Source of the DNA: the human T2T-CHM13v2.0 reference genome, Homo sapiens
Assembly (NCBI RefSeq): GCF_009914755.1
Contig: NC_060944.1
Reading direction: 5' to 3' (one strand)
DNA: 64,000 nucleotides
Part shown: one piece after another, positions 30,791 to 52,109 of the stretch
Layout: every line of letters begins with the position of its first letter
Position numbering within the stretch: the first letter of the stretch is position 1
Translations under genes and position numbers: made by a program
Notes under the pieces: model-generated
Seen by the model: only the letters and a program-made list of their open reading frames with translations
What the model was told of the DNA's origin: nothing
Database searches by the model: none

Positions 30791-31574
30791 GGCCAGAGGA
30801 TAGAAAAGTAAATACAGCCAATTAATCCCGGAAAGGTGGTCAATCATACTCACATTTTAAGAAATGCAAATCCAAACTATAAGAAGATACCACCTACATA
30901 TATGGGATAAGCAAAAGTTTAACATTTGACAGTCAGAGCTGGTGACCATGTAGGAAAACAGGCCCTTAGGTACTGGTGGAGGGAATGTAAATTGGTGCAG
31001 CCTCCTTTGAGAATAATTTGGCATAATCTGTCCCTTAAACAATCATTCCCACTGCTAGGAATTTACCCTTGGAAATACTTTCACGACTTTTACAGGATGC
31101 AGATACTAGAGCATTTCCTGCAGCACTGTATATTCAAAAGGGTGGAAACCACCCTTGGGTGCTTCAGGAACCACAAAATAAAATTTGGCATATCTGCAGG
31201 ATGGAATACTATGAGACCTAAATGTAAACAGAGGAGATTCTTCTGCATGTTGGGGATCACAAGATTCACAATGATTTATAGAAGCTGCCAACCAAAGTTT
31301 TCTTGGGGCAGTTTCCCTAGAAGTAGGATGAAAAAAGACTTCCTTTCATGCCCCTCCTTTTCTGTCCCCTTATTACCGAAGAGTGAGTGCAGGAGGATAA
31401 AATGTGGAGGCCCCTGCTTCCTTAATTACTGGTCTAGTCACAGCCATTCTTGAGGCCCACTTTCTCCATGAAGTATTTTTTTACATCCCATGATCCCAGG
31501 CACTTTATTTCTTTAGTTCTCAACAGTATCCCCAAATTACCAGCCTGCATCTGTCATCCTGTATTTATTGCTGG

Positions 31575-32529
<955 letters not shown>

Positions 32530-33002
32530 TGAGTTTCTTATATACTTTGGATGTTAACCTCTTATCAGATATGTGGTTTACAAATATTTTCTTCCATTCC
32601 TTTCGTTGTCTCTTCACTCTGTTGATTTTTTTTTTCCTGTGCAGAAGCTATTTAGTTTGATTTAATTCCATTTATATATTTTTGTAACCTGTGCTTTTGG
32701 GGTCATATCCAAAAAATCCTTGCCAATATCATGGAGCATTTCCCCTAAGTTTTCTTTTAGTAGTTTTTTAGTTTCAGGTCTTACATTTAAGTTTGTAATA
32801 CATTTTAAGTTGATTTTTGAATATGGTATGAGACAAAGTTCTGATTTCATTCTACTGTATGTGGTTATTCAGTTTTCTCAGCAACATCTATTGAAGAGAT
32901 CGCCCTTTCCCCTTTGGCACTTTTGTCAAAAATCAATTGACCATAAATGTATTGATTTAGTTCTGGGCTCTATTTTGTTCTACTAGTATGTCTGATTTCA
33001 CG
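32530..33002 (-). mobile_element. Old L1 ORF2 fragment (continues at 42199)
   Basis: ORF 32662-32850 resembles L1 ORF2 (LNVRPET..LL.ENLGE.L.DIG..KDFLD.TPKAQ). Confidence 0.85.
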
Positions 33003-33757
33003 TGTCAACCTCAAAAATCTGAGACAGGTCTCAGTGAATTCAGAAAGTTTATTTTGCAAAGGTTGAAAATCTGTGCCTGTGATACAGCCTCAGGAGGTCC
33101 TGATGACATGTGCCCAAGGTGGTTGGGGCACAGCTTGTTTTTGTTTTGTTTTGTTTTGTTTTGAGACAGAGTCTTACTCTGTTGCCCAGGCTGGAGTGCA
33201 GTGGTGCAATCTTGGTTCACTGCAAACTCCGCCTCCCAGGTTCAAGCACTTCTCTGCCTCAGCCTCCTGAGTAGCTTGGATTACAGGCGCCCGCCACTCG
33301 CCCGGCTAATTTTTGTATTTTTAGTAGAGACAGGGTTTCATCATCTTTACCAGGCTGGTCTTGAACTCCTGACCTCGTGATCCACTCTCCTCGGCCTCCC
33401 AAAGTGCTGGGATTACAGGCATGAGCCACCACATCTGGCCGGTTTTATACATTTTAGGGAGACATAAGACATTAATCAATATACGTAAGATATACATTGG
33501 TTCCATCAGGAAAGGTGGGACCACTCAAGCACAGAGGATGCTTTCAGGTCACAGGTAAGTGAGAGGCAAATGGTTGCATTTTTTTTGAGTTTCTGATTAG
33601 CCTTTCCAAAGGAGGTAATCAGATAAGCATTTATCTCAGTGAGCGGATAGATGACTTCAAATCGAATGGGAGGCAGGCTTGCCCTAAGCAGTTTTCAGCT
33701 TGACTTTTTCCTTTAGTTTAGTGATTTTTGGGCTCTAAGATTTATTTTCCTTTCACA
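33003..33757 (-). mobile_element. 3' LTR (MER4A-like) with AluS insertion at 33137-33441
   Basis: TG...CA termini, homology to 41106-42198. Confidence 0.88.
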
Positions 33758-36700
33758 TTTCCCCCCCTTTCTTTTTTTAAAATCTTTTGGAGAAAGCATT
33801 TTAGAAGAAAGCAAGTCTCTGGTCCCAGGTTTTCTCGGATCATTCATGGCTAGGGTGGTTTATCCTAGATGTGTAGGTCCTGAGTTAAGAAAGCAATTTT
33901 TAGCAGGTTAGAATTCTCATGTTCTATGAAGAGAGAATAGGGAGAAAAAGGGAGAAAAACAACAACAAACAAAAGAACAATCCTGGAAAATCAATATAGG
34001 CCACATGACTCTGAAGTCTATACATCAGTAGGCAGGAATGAAAGTGGCTTATGTAAGTAAATAGGTTGCTGTTACTTTCTTCTGATGTTTAAGTTGTCCA
34101 GATTCAGTTTGCAGGGCTTTAAGAAATCACATCTTAGTTTTCAGTGATTTCAAATTAGGAAAATAAAAAAAGGAAAAGAAAGAAGAAAAGTATTGAAAAC
34201 ATTTTGGAGATCAGTAACCAGGAAAAATTAGAATTCAGTTCAAACTGTTGAAAATGATAAAAATTGAAGAACAGGCAAGACTAGACTCTAAGAACAGGTG
34301 TACTATAGTTTTTGAAGCATAATTTTTCTCTCTCTAGTTTCCCATTTTTACTAAAGACAAGTCATGATAGGACCAATTTGGCTTAGTATACTTGACCAGC
34401 TTATTTGTATAAAGTGCAGCAAGAAAAATGATTTTTTCAATAGGCTTTTAAAATTGGCTTTCATGGAACTTTGTTTCATAGAAGGAATCTCAGATGAGAC
34501 TTTTTAAAGCCAAGCACAGCCATGGATTTGTATCATCAAATACTCATGAATTGTCTGAATTCTCCTCTTGAGGCTTTCAGATAACTTGGGGCCCTGGGCC
34601 TGTCAGAAAATGACAGTCTCTACTTACTACAGGTCAGGAGCCCTGTTCAGGAACTGTGTAGATGAGATGTGGGCCAGTTTTCTCAAGGAGCTTTTATTGG
34701 CTCTGTAAGTCAAGTTTGATTCCTTAAAGGAAAGCACACCATTCCAGTCAAAGCCTTGGTAAAATAACCATATTCTCAAATTGTGTCCTGTTACAAATGA
34801 AAACAGATTCTTACTCTGCTTATGCAATAACTATATTGCCACAGGTTAAGAATACTCACAAATAGCTCCCAAATTATGGAGAAATCAGATAGAGAGAAAC
34901 AAATATGTTCCAGATTTTGTTCATAGGAGTATACTTAATTGTTAAAAGCTGTCAGTAGCTCAAAAGAAAGGTTTGTTTGACTGAAAAAACAGAACAAAGG
35001 ATCAGCAACATTTTACGTAAAAAGTCAAAAAGATTACTTCAGTCTTCTATTAGTTCAGTCCATGCAGTTAACTTTTGTTTTGCTTGATATTCATGAACAT
35101 TTCGGCTCTCTTTGAGTCCTGAAAGTTTTTCCTCTATTCTGATGTTGCAGCCTCCAAAGTTATCAGAAACTTGCATTGAGGAGCACCTGTTAAGAGTTTT
35201 ATAGCGATTTTAAAACCACCTTCTAAAGAGGACCAAAACAACAATTGTCCATGGATGACAAAAAATTTTAGAGCAGTGATAGTCAAAGACACAATTGAGA
35301 AGAAAACTTGTTACCTCTGTGGCACACAATAATTTAACATAATTATAATTATTACTGATAATGTACACTAAGTCATATCAGAATTGTAGTTTTTCATAAT
35401 TTTGGAACACATCAATAATATATTTATACAAATACAGCCCAAAGAAAACCAAAGAGCATTTCATATTTGACAATGTTTCCTGTATAATTTTTATACCAAA
35501 AAACCCCCATATATGTCATTTTTGGACTTTAGGGAACTTTATACCTTAAAGGATTAATTATGTCAGAAAAAGACATAATTTATAATTTCACTTTGGAAAG
35601 TTTGTCAAATATCAAAGGTTTAAAACACTCAATATTGCAAAATGAGATTACAGGTCATTGTAAAATATATTATTCATTTAACTGAAGTGATAACTTAAGG
35701 ATTTCAAAAAAGGTTGAAAACCTTCATTCTTTCAGAGAGGAAACTTAATTTTCCAAATGATAAGCCCTAATGAAAACAGCATGAAGCCAATTAAATTTGT
35801 TTTTCAAAATTTTATAAACAATCTATAAAATTTTAATGTTAATCATAAGTTATAACTTCCATAAACTTTTTATAGCATTTATAACCTTTATTAGGGAGTC
35901 AGTTAATGCTTTAAGAAAACCTTGTTAATCTGACACAGGGGCCCATATGCTGGTCTTGCATTTGTGTGCCTTTGACATTAAAGGTTAATTTATAGAGAAA
36001 CTGAACTATTTTATCTCTCAAAATCAGCCCATACAATCTCACATGCCCACCTCTTTCTTGATAGTCCCTTGGCCTTGAGGAGTTGAATAGCTTTAATTTC
36101 TGTGTCTCAGGAATGCAGTTTATTTTGATTGGCATCTTTTACCAGGCCTGAAGATGAGGCTTTAATTGCTGTCAGTGTTTAAGATTTAGCAGGACTTGGT
36201 GTCCTTTTTAGACCCAGGAGTCAAGGCCTTATAAATCAATGTCACAAGGACTCTAAAAGCACATACAGAAAGATATATGGATATAATAACTTTAATTTAA
36301 AAAATTGTTTTAATCTCAGTTTTTTCCTAAGCAAACCAAAACTTAATAATAATGGCATAGGAATTGTTTCAATAAACCATAAAGTCTGTTAGGCCAGTTA
36401 CCAAAAGGCAAAAGAAAACACCTTCTGCACTGCACAGAATATTACATTGGAAGAAAACATTTTGTTTAGACCTTTAAGAAAATACTGTTAGCATCAGACC
36501 TCAACAAACAGAACTTGAAAACTTATATGAGCTGAAAATGAATTGAAGGAGGGGGTTACTATTTCAGAAGGGAGAGAAAAAAAATGGCAAGATGCAGTAA
36601 AAGTTGAACTTTGGGTTAAAAAAATTAAAATATCTTATAATCTATTAAGAGTAAATCAATCCCTTAGGAAAATGTCATTGTTCTAGGCAATTATTTAATG

Positions 36701-36788
36701 TATAAGTGTTTTTTTTCACATCAAGCCCAATCTCTAGAAAGATCACTATAATTTCCTTTTAATTATAGACAACTTGATCATATAAAAG

Positions 36789-37519
<731 letters not shown>

Positions 37520-37957
37520 CTAAACATCCCTCTTTCTTAAACAACCAGTCGGTTTATTCTAGGACTAAATCTACCATACAAGATTCTTTCTCATATAAAA
37601 TGATTTCTTTTTATTTATTTATTTAACCAAAAACAACCCTCTTTATTTTGATAACTTTCTTTACATCTCTCTTATTTCTTGGTCCCTTTTACCTCGTTTT
37701 GTATGTAACCTTTAAATAAGCTTTGAGTTAGACAAAAATTGTTCACCATTTTTAAAAAGGACACTTTTTTTCCTTCAATTATCTTAATTGGAAAATACTC
37801 AAATAATGAAATATCTATTATTTAATTTAATATAACTTTAGACTCTAAATTATGACAAGTTTGTCAACAAGTATTTATCCCATTACATTTACCTATTTTA
37901 TTTTAATAGTTTACCTAGATTATTTATGGAAACTGTGATCATTATTGTTTAAAGTTA

Positions 37958-38195
37958 TGAAACCGCCATTGCAAAATTATAACTGAAACAGTGAAAAAGT
38001 TCTAACCTAACTGACTCCATTTTGCTTCTTACCTCCAAGCTGTTCTTGTTCATTCCTGGGTATAGGCCAAACTATGGGAGAAACTTAGTTTATAGTTTAG
38101 CTTTGAAGCAAAGACAGTAACTGTCCTTTCCCAAACAAACCTCCTTATTGTTTGTGGACTCAATTGCCTAAAGCCACAAGATTAGAAATTATGGT
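37958..38195 (+). mobile_element. LTR8-like 5' fragment embedded in the MER4 internal region
   Basis: TGAAACCGCCATTGCAAAATTATAACTGA start. Confidence 0.6.
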
Positions 38196-39275
38196 AATTT
38201 TACTGAATAATTCAAGATGTAGCTATTTTGATTAAACCAATATCAATGTCTTATTTATTAAAAATTACATAAGCAAAGATTATTCTGTTTTGGGTTGGGT
38301 TTACAGTTTTGTAGCCCCTATACCAAATTTTGACAGCAAATAGTATTTGTCAGGGATAAGTATGAAATTGCTTGATTAATAAATGCAAACAAAAATGTTT
38401 GCTGGCAATTCTTAAGACATTTCTAATATTACTTTACCAACAATCTTAAAACAAACTTATTTATTAAAGATTTAAATTGTTATGTAAACTTGAAAAAGCA
38501 TTTGACTGCTCTGTTCTTTTTTCCTGATAATGTATTTGATTCAAGCACTTTTATTTTCTTAAGCCAATTAATTAGAGCTCTATTATATATTGACAGTAGT
38601 GAAACATTGTATACACAACACATGAATACATAGATGTATTAGGCATGCCTATAGAAATATATCTTATAGATTCATAAAAACTGTTTTTTTCCTCTGTCTT
38701 AGACTTTCAGATTCTTGATAACCTGTTTCACAACCCTAGACAGTTGTCAGCTAAATAGCCTTAAATTTTGCTATTGAAGGAAACAACTGAGGTGAAAATC
38801 AAATAGCAAAATTTACATCATAATGTAGACAGAGAAAGTCTGGTGGTGCTAGAGGGAGATTAAAGATGCTAGAGGGAGATTAAAGATGCATAACAATCAA
38901 ACAAAATTATAGAAATTTATCATAGGATTGTACAAGGAGACCAATTTTATTTAGATAGGGACTACCTATTTTTAACTGGATCTCTGAGGTCTGAGAAGAG
39001 CCCACACTAAATCCTAGGTCTCCAAAAAGGGAGAATTATGATGAGGTTAGGGCAGGTGATGCTTTTACAGTGCACTTAAAGTTTTTTTTAAACAAAGACA
39101 TTTTTATGTGTCTAAACTACACTCTTCCTTAAAAACCCAAGTGTAGCCTCTGTTGCAATAACTATTTTAGTTTAAAAAAAAAAGGAAAAAAGAAACAGGT
39201 AACATAATATAAAAGTAAGCAGTTTAAGAGCTAAGATGAACTTGTCTGTTTACACTCTTGGGGTTCCATAACTAA

Positions 39276-39922
<647 letters not shown>

Positions 39923-40105
39923 TAAGGAACCCCTGGCTATCATAAACTGTTTTAGGTCCCTCATGCAGCAGAAGGTGCAGGAGAAAGGAGAGACAGCAGA
40001 AGTAAATGAAGAAAACAGAATTCAGTCAACTGAGAAGAAAAAAAAAATTTGCTTAAAAAAAAGACAAGGTCCTAGGAGAGAAACAAAAATATGAAGGCCT
40101 TTTAA

Positions 40106-40159
40106 ACACACACACACACACACACACACACATGCGCGCGCGCGTGCGCGCGTACACAT
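40106..40159. repeat. (CA)n(GC)n alternating purine-pyrimidine tract
   Basis: 54 nt uninterrupted R/Y alternation. Confidence 0.95.
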
Positions 40160-40417
40160 CTTGGATGTTAGCTTTCAACTAAGCTGACTTTTAACCATTG
40201 AGATCATTTGGAAAAAAATCTTAAAATCTCATGTCCATATTTCAGCTAGGACAAATTACTGCTATTTCAGAAGTACAGCCATTGCTGTTTCAGTTTGGCC
40301 TGGCTAGCAAAAAGGCAGCCTTGTTATGTAAATAAAGCCCCTTTAGTAGTCAAAGTCAAAAATCTTTCCTCTTTTTTTTCCTTTTGCCAGCCATTTTTCT
40401 CCCCCCACCACATCACC

Positions 40418-40419
<2 letters not shown>

Positions 40420-40457
<38 letters not shown>
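40420..40457. repeat. (TG)19 microsatellite
   Basis: direct reading. Confidence 0.95.
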
Positions 40458-40460
<3 letters not shown>

Positions 40461-41105
40461 TTAGCCATTTCAGAGGCCTTGTTCTCCATAATTTGGAACT
40501 TTTCTCTGGATTTGATCAAGTCAGATAGAGTTGATCAAACCAAATGGGAAAAAGACCAACACAGCAACAAAAACAGAAAGAAATAACAACAAGAAAACTG
40601 TTAAGGAAAACAAATAATGACACAACTTCTATGATTACTGAGTGCTCCAATGGCAAGGAGAAATTAAGACCAGCTCGTTGTTAAACTTTAGCCAAGACAA
40701 ACCCCAATTCAGTCACTTTCCTAGGGATGGGTCTCAGGAGAAAGAATGCTCTCTACCATCCTAGAAGCAGGAACAAACTCGAATCTGTCTTCCCTGTTGG
40801 AAGGGAGCTCAAGCTCCATAAAGGAATTACCTGCCTTCCAAGAATTTCATGGAAGCAGGAAAAACTTGCCTTGATTGTGTTGGAAGTGAGTAAAATTAAA
40901 AAAAAAAAAAAGAAGTTGTACAGCAAAATAAACTTTAAATCTTGGGAGATCAGAGATTGTCTGGGGGTGGGGGGCCTTCAGGCTTCAGCAAATTGTCCTA
41001 CTGGTTTGAGCCATAAAGATAGCTCAAACTGGTATCAAGCACTGTTAAGAGATTTGTCAAAGGTCAGGGGCACCTCCACTCAGAATCCCTTTGTAGTTAC
41101 CAAAA

Positions 41106-42198
41106 TGTATACCCTGAAAATCTGAGACAGGTCTCAGTTAATTTAGAAAGTTCATTTTGCCAAGGTTGAGGATGCATGCCTGTGACACAGCCTCAGTAAA
41201 GTGGCCTCATCATCTGGGGTGACACTTGAAGTTTATTATCTCACATCCATGGAGATCAAGGATGCAGACACACAAAGAATGACTTTAAGAGCAGAAATTT
41301 AATAAGTGAAAGAGAATAGCTCTCTGCTGCAGAGAGAGGTCCTAGAAAAATGGGTTGCTGATCCATGGTGAAATGCAGGGGATTTTATAGATGAGCTAGT
41401 GGGGAGGCAGTGTCTGATCTACATAGGGTGTGAAAAACCACCAGGACCAGGTGTGCCATCTGCACAGGATGTGAGTCTCTGGCAGCCTCTGCCCCAATTT
41501 TTTATTATGCAGGTGGGTTCTGTGCCTGAACTTCTTCATGTTGCCCATTTCTTACTGTATACATGCTAACAATAAAGGGAAGGTGGAGCCCCATGGTGGG
41601 CATGCATGGCCCCCAGGTAGCCCTTTTTTATTGTTGTAGCCACAGGCCTCCCCCTGTACAAGCTTCCAGCTTCCTTTTCTGTCTTTGCAGCTCTATCTTT
41701 CAGGCTGCTCTGTATTAGAAAAGAAATTATTTCTAGGGCTGCTTTTTGTTAGAAGAGAAGTTTTGCCAAGGACTCGTTTGCCCTCACTATCTGCCCAAAT
41801 AATTTCTTTTTATATCCTGTATCATCAGGAGGTCCTGACGACATGTGCCAAGGTGGTCAGGGGACAGCTTGGTTTTATGCATTTTAGGGAGACATGAGAC
41901 ATCAATCAATATATGTAACATGTACATTGGTTTTGTCCAGAAAGGCAAGACAACTCAAGCAGGGAGGGGGCTTCCAGGTCACAGGTAGGTGAGAGACAAA
42001 TGAGAGACAAACGGTTGCATTCTTTTGAGTTTCTGATTAGCTTTTCCAAAGGAGGCAATCAGATATGCATTTATGTCAGTGAGCAGAGGGATAATTTTGA
42101 ATAGAATGAAAGGCAGGTTTGCCCTAAGCAGTTCCCAGCTTGACTTTCCCCTTTAGCTTAGTGATTTTTGGGGCTCCAAGATTTATTTTCCTTTCACA
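41106..42198 (-). mobile_element. 5' LTR (MER4A-like) split by a nested LTR
   Basis: pieces 41106-41196 and 41825-42198 rejoin as in the 3' LTR. Confidence 0.88.
41197..41824 (-). mobile_element. Nested ERV1 solo LTR (MER61/MER50-like)
   Basis: perfect 4-bp TSD TCAG; begins TGATACAGGA..AAGAAATTATTTGGGCAGATAGTGAGGG on -. Confidence 0.8.
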
Positions 42199-45040
<2,842 letters not shown>

Positions 45041-45205
45041 GGTCATGTGTGTGTGTTCATATTTTACTATTCAATAGATTTTTAGTAAGCTTTGGTTTCA
45101 TCTTCATGAATCATGGAAGACTTGAAAGGCCAAAGACACTCCAAGAAATTTACTTTAGCACCTTCTTTCTAGGCAGAAAGATAAGGCATCCCCATGAAAG
45201 ATAGT

Positions 45206-45721
45206 GTATTGGACCCCTCTTGTACACCGTTTCAAAATTTTCTGTTTCTCCTCTTATTTCAGCCACAACTGTAGGGGACTGTTTCCCTGCATGTTTTGAG
45301 CAGCTTTGCACAGGTGCACCTGGGCAGTGACCTCACCTCATCCCTCATACTGTATCATTTGCTTCCTGCCCTATGCATCTCTGTTCTTCAGCTTAATAGT
45401 CCTAGGCATCCACTTCACACTCAAGCACAACCCAGCTGTGATGGGAAGTCAGTGCCATGGGGTCTACTCTTGACCGATGAAGATCTGGAGTCAATGGATA
45501 AATGCATCCCCATTTCATCCCCTGATGGACAGTTTTGAGATGCTTCAGAAAACCCCTACAGGTCCCAGTGGGATCAAACAGCCAATTTAATAATGCATCC
45601 TTGTGGTGGTCTTTCCCTTGCTCTGTTTCACTCCCCTTATCCTGCATTTCTGCTCCCCAGAATCACATTAGCAAACAAGCTACCTATGCACAAGCCTTTT
45701 GGGGGACCCTAGGCTAAGGCA
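45206..45721 (+). mobile_element. LTR16-like (ERVL) solo LTR
   Basis: GGAGTCAATGGATAAATGCATCCC...GGTCCCAGTGGGATCAA...CCCTAGGCTAAGGCA. Confidence 0.6.
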
Positions 45722-45861
45722 AGTGGGTGGCAGCCTTATATTGGATTTGCAAAACCTCATATCTTGGATTTATGCTTCAAGAATACAGCACTCATGATAG
45801 GCCCCTTGGTGTGCCCCCATCACCCCTATGCAAGGACTTCTCAACTGCAGTGATGTGTCTC

Positions 45862-46165
45862 CTTTTTTTTTTTTTTCGAGACAGAGTTTTGCTCCTGTTG
45901 CCCAGGCTGGAATGCAATGGTGCAATCTTGGCTCAGCTCACTGCAACCTCCGCTTCCCAGGTTCAAGTGATTCTCTTGCCTCAGCTTCCCGAGTAGCTGG
46001 GATTACAGACATGCACCACCACGCCCGGCTAATTTTTGTATTTTTAGTAGAGACAGGGTTTCTCCATGTTGGTCATGCTGGTCTCGAACTCCCAACCTCA
46101 GGTGATCTGTCTGCCTTGGCCTCCCAAAGTGCTGGGATTACAGGCATGAGCCACCGTGCCTAGCC
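45862..46165 (-). mobile_element. AluS
   Basis: TSD TGATGTGTCTC. Confidence 0.9.
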
Positions 46166-48091
46166 TGATGTGTCTCTTTTTTTTATGGCTGAAAGAGGAA
46201 ACACGAAGGAAACAGATACTCACTGAGCACTTATGGCCCACCCTTGCTTTAGTTATTTTACTTATCTCCTTTATACAAGGAGGAAGCAGATTTAGAGAGG
46301 CCAGATAACTCATCTAATATCTCATAGTAAGAATGCAAGCCAGGATTTGAACTCAGTCCCATGAATTCAAAGCCCATAATCTTTCTATAGCATGTGAAGT
46401 CATTTCTTCTTGGGTCTCTGCACTTGGTTCTCCTTCATCACTTCAGGCAGCATAAGATGCTGAGCTTCTACCAATTGCTATTTTTTTCTTCCTTTGTCTT
46501 TATTAAGGTAAATAATATGTATATAATTTACCATCTTTACCATTTTAAGTGTCAAGTTCAATGTAATAAATACATTTATATAATTTTTTCCATTTATCTT
46601 CCTACTCACCTTTCTTCTTCCCAGCCTTTGGTAACAACCAATCTACTCTGTATCTTACTCACATGTAAGAGCTCTGAAGCTCTAAAGCTCTTCCATATGA
46701 GTGAGAACATGTGGTATTTGTCTTTCTGTGCTTGGCTTATTTTGCTTGACATAATGCCTCTAGTTCCATCCATATTACTATAAATAACAGGATTTCATTA
46801 TTTTAATGGCTGAATAATTTTTTATTGTGTATATTTACCACATTTTCTTTATCTATTCATCTGTTGATGAGCACTTAAGTTGATATTGTATTAGGGCTAT
46901 TGTGAATAGTGCTACAGCAAATGTGGGAGAGCAGATAGCTCTTTGGTGTATTTATTTCCTTTTTTCTTCTTTTTAAAAATATGCCCAGTAGTGGAATTGC
47001 TGGGTAGCTCTGTTTTCACTTTTTTGGGGAACTTCCATACAGTTCTTCATAGTAGCTGTACTAATTTATATTCTCACCAACAGTGTATGGGGGTTCCCTT
47101 TTCTCTACATCATTGCCAGAATTTGTTATTGCCTATCTTTTTGATGCAGACTATTTTAATTGGGGTGAGATTGATGATATTGCATTGTGGTTTTGATTTG
47201 AACTTCTTTGATTATTAATATTGAGTATAGCTTCATATACCTGTTGGCCATCTGTACATTGTCTTTTTGTATGTCTTTATGTGTCAAAATGTCATTTTGT
47301 ATATCTTCTTTTGGGATGTGTCTGTTAAGATCTTTTGTCTGTTTTTAATCTTTTTACTTTTTTTTATTTTTTAGATACAGGGCCTCACTCTGTCACCCAG
47401 AGTGGACTGTAGTGGCTCAATTATAGATCACTATAAACTCAAATTCCTGGGCCCAAGTGATCCTTCTACCTCAGCCTCCTGACTAGCTAGGACTTCATTT
47501 TTGCTTTGGTTGCCTGTGTGTTTTGAGGTCATATACAAAATTCTTTGCCCAGACCAATGTCCTGGAGCATTTCCTCAGTGTTTTCTCCTGGTACTTTCAT
47601 CATTCCAGGTCTTAGATTTCAGTCTTGAATCCATTTTGATTTGATTTTCATGTATGCTGAGAGATAGGGTTCTAATTTCATTCTTCTTTAAGATAGTTAT
47701 CCAGTTTTCCCAGCATCATTTACTGAAAAGACTGTCTTTTTTTCATTGTATGGTCTTGACACCTTTATCAAAGATGAGTTGGTTGTAAATATGTGGGTGT
47801 ACATCTGAGTGCTCTGTTTTGTTCCATTGGTCTATATGTCTGTTTTTATGTGAGTACCGTGCTGTTTTACTTACCATAGCTTTGTAGTAAGTTTTGAATT
47901 CTGGTAGTGTGATGCCTCCAGGTTTGTTCTTGTTGCCAGGATTGCTTTGGCTATTTGGGATCTTTTGTGGTTCTATATAAACTTTAGAATTTTTTTTCCT
48001 ATTTCTGTGAAGAATGTCATTGGTATTTTGAGAGGGATTGCATTGAATCCGTAAATTGCTTTGGGTAGTATTGTTATTTTAACTATATTAA

Positions 48092-49033
<942 letters not shown>

Positions 49034-49931
49034 TAATAATGTTCTTGGTGGAGTCTTTAGGTTTTTGTAATTATAAGATAATGTCATCTGGAAACAAGGC
49101 TAGTTTGACTTCTTCCTTTCCAATTTGGATGCCCTTCATTTCTTCTCTTGCCTAATTGCTCTGGCCATGACTTCTGGTATTATGCTGAATAATAGCAGTG
49201 AAAGTAGGCATCCTTGTCTTGTTATAGCCTTTAGAGGAGGGGCCTTCACTTTATCTATGTTGAGTATGCTATTAGCTATGGGTTTGTCATACATGGCCTT
49301 TATTATTTTGAGGTAGTTTCTCCTATACCCATTTTGATGAGTTTTTTTTTTTTTATCATATAGGGATGTTGAGTTTTATCAAAATTTTTTTGGCATCTAT
49401 TGAAGTAATGGTTTTTGTTATTGACTTTGTTAATGCAATTGTATCATGTTTGTTGATTTGCATACGTTGAACCATCTTTGTATCCCTGGAATGAATTCCA
49501 CTTGATCATGGTGAATGACTTTTTCAATGTGTTGTTGAATTTGGTTTGCTAGTATTTTGTTGAGGAGTTTTACATTATGTTTATCACTGATATTGGTATG
49601 TAGTTTTCTTTTTTTGGTTGTGTCCTCCTCTCATTTTGGTATTGGGGTAATGCTGGCCTTGTAGAATGAGTTTGGAAGTATTCCTTCCTCTTCAGTTTTT
49701 TTGAGGAGTTTGAGTAGGATTGGTATTAGTTCTTTAATGGTACAATTCAGCAGTAAATCCATCAGGTTCAGGGCTTTTCTTTAATGGGAGACTTTTTATT
49801 ATGGCTTGGATCTTATTGGTTTGTTGAGGTTTTCTATTTCTTCATGGTTGAATCTTGGTAGGCTTTAGAGGTCTAGGACTTTATCCATTTCTCTTAGATT
49901 TTGAAATTTGTTGTGTAGTTGTTCATAATAG

Positions 49932-51066
<1,135 letters not shown>

Positions 51067-51203
51067 ATAGTATCTAATAATCCTTTCTAAGGTCTCAGTT
51101 GTTGTATCTCCTTTCTCATTTCTGATTTTATTTGGATCTTTCTCTTTTTCTCTTAGTCTAGATAAATGTTTGTTGATTTTGTTTATCTTTCCAAAAAAAC
51201 AAG

Positions 51204-52086
51204 GTCGGGCATGGTGGCTCATGCCTGTAATCCCAGCGTTTTGGGAGGCTGAGGTGGGCAGATTACTTGAGCTCATGAGTTCAAGACCAGCCTGGGCAAC
51301 ATGGCGAAACCCCATCTCTATAAAAAATACAAAAATTAGGTGGGCGTGTGGGCACATGCCTGTAGTCACAGCTGTTTGGTGGGAGGATGGCTTGAGTTTG
51401 GGAGGTGGAGGTTGCAGTGAGCAGAGGTGGTGCCACTGCACTCCAGCCTGGGCAATAGAGTGAGACCCTGTCTAAAAAAAAAAACAAAAAACAAAGCCCA
51501 CCAAACCACCTTTTCATTTTGTTGATTTCTTTTCATTTATTTCTGTTCTAATCTTTATTGTTTCTTTCCTTCTACTAATTTTGGGTTTGGTTTGTTCTTG
51601 CTTTTCTAGTTTCTTGAGGTGTATCGTTAGGTTGTTTATTTGAAGTCTTTCTACTTTTTTGATATAGGCGTTAGTTGCTATAAACTTCCCTGTTAGTATT
51701 GCTTTTCCTGTATCCCATAGACTTTGATATGTCATATTTCCATTTTCATTTGTTTCAAGACATTTTAAAATTTCCTTTTTCTAGGCCAGGTATGGTAACT
51801 CATGCCTGTTAATCCCAGTGCTTTGGGAGGCCACTGTAGGTGTATCTCTTGAGTCCAGGATTTTGAGACCTGCCTGGACAACATGGCAAAAACCAGTCTT
51901 TAAAAAATAAAAATAAAAAATTAGCCAACTGTGGTGGCGCATGCCTGTGGTCCTAGCTACTCAGGAGTCTGAGGCAGGAGGATCTCTTGAGCCTGAGAGT
52001 TTGAGGCTGCAGTGAGCAGTGATCACATCACTGTACTGCAGCCTGGGTAATGGAGCAGGACCCTGTCTCAAAAGAGAAAAAAAAAA
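51204..52086 (+). mobile_element. Two AluJ (51204-51495, 51784-52086)
   Basis: consensus matches. Confidence 0.87.
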
Positions 52087-52109
52087 TTTCTTCTTTTATT
52101 TTTTTCTTA

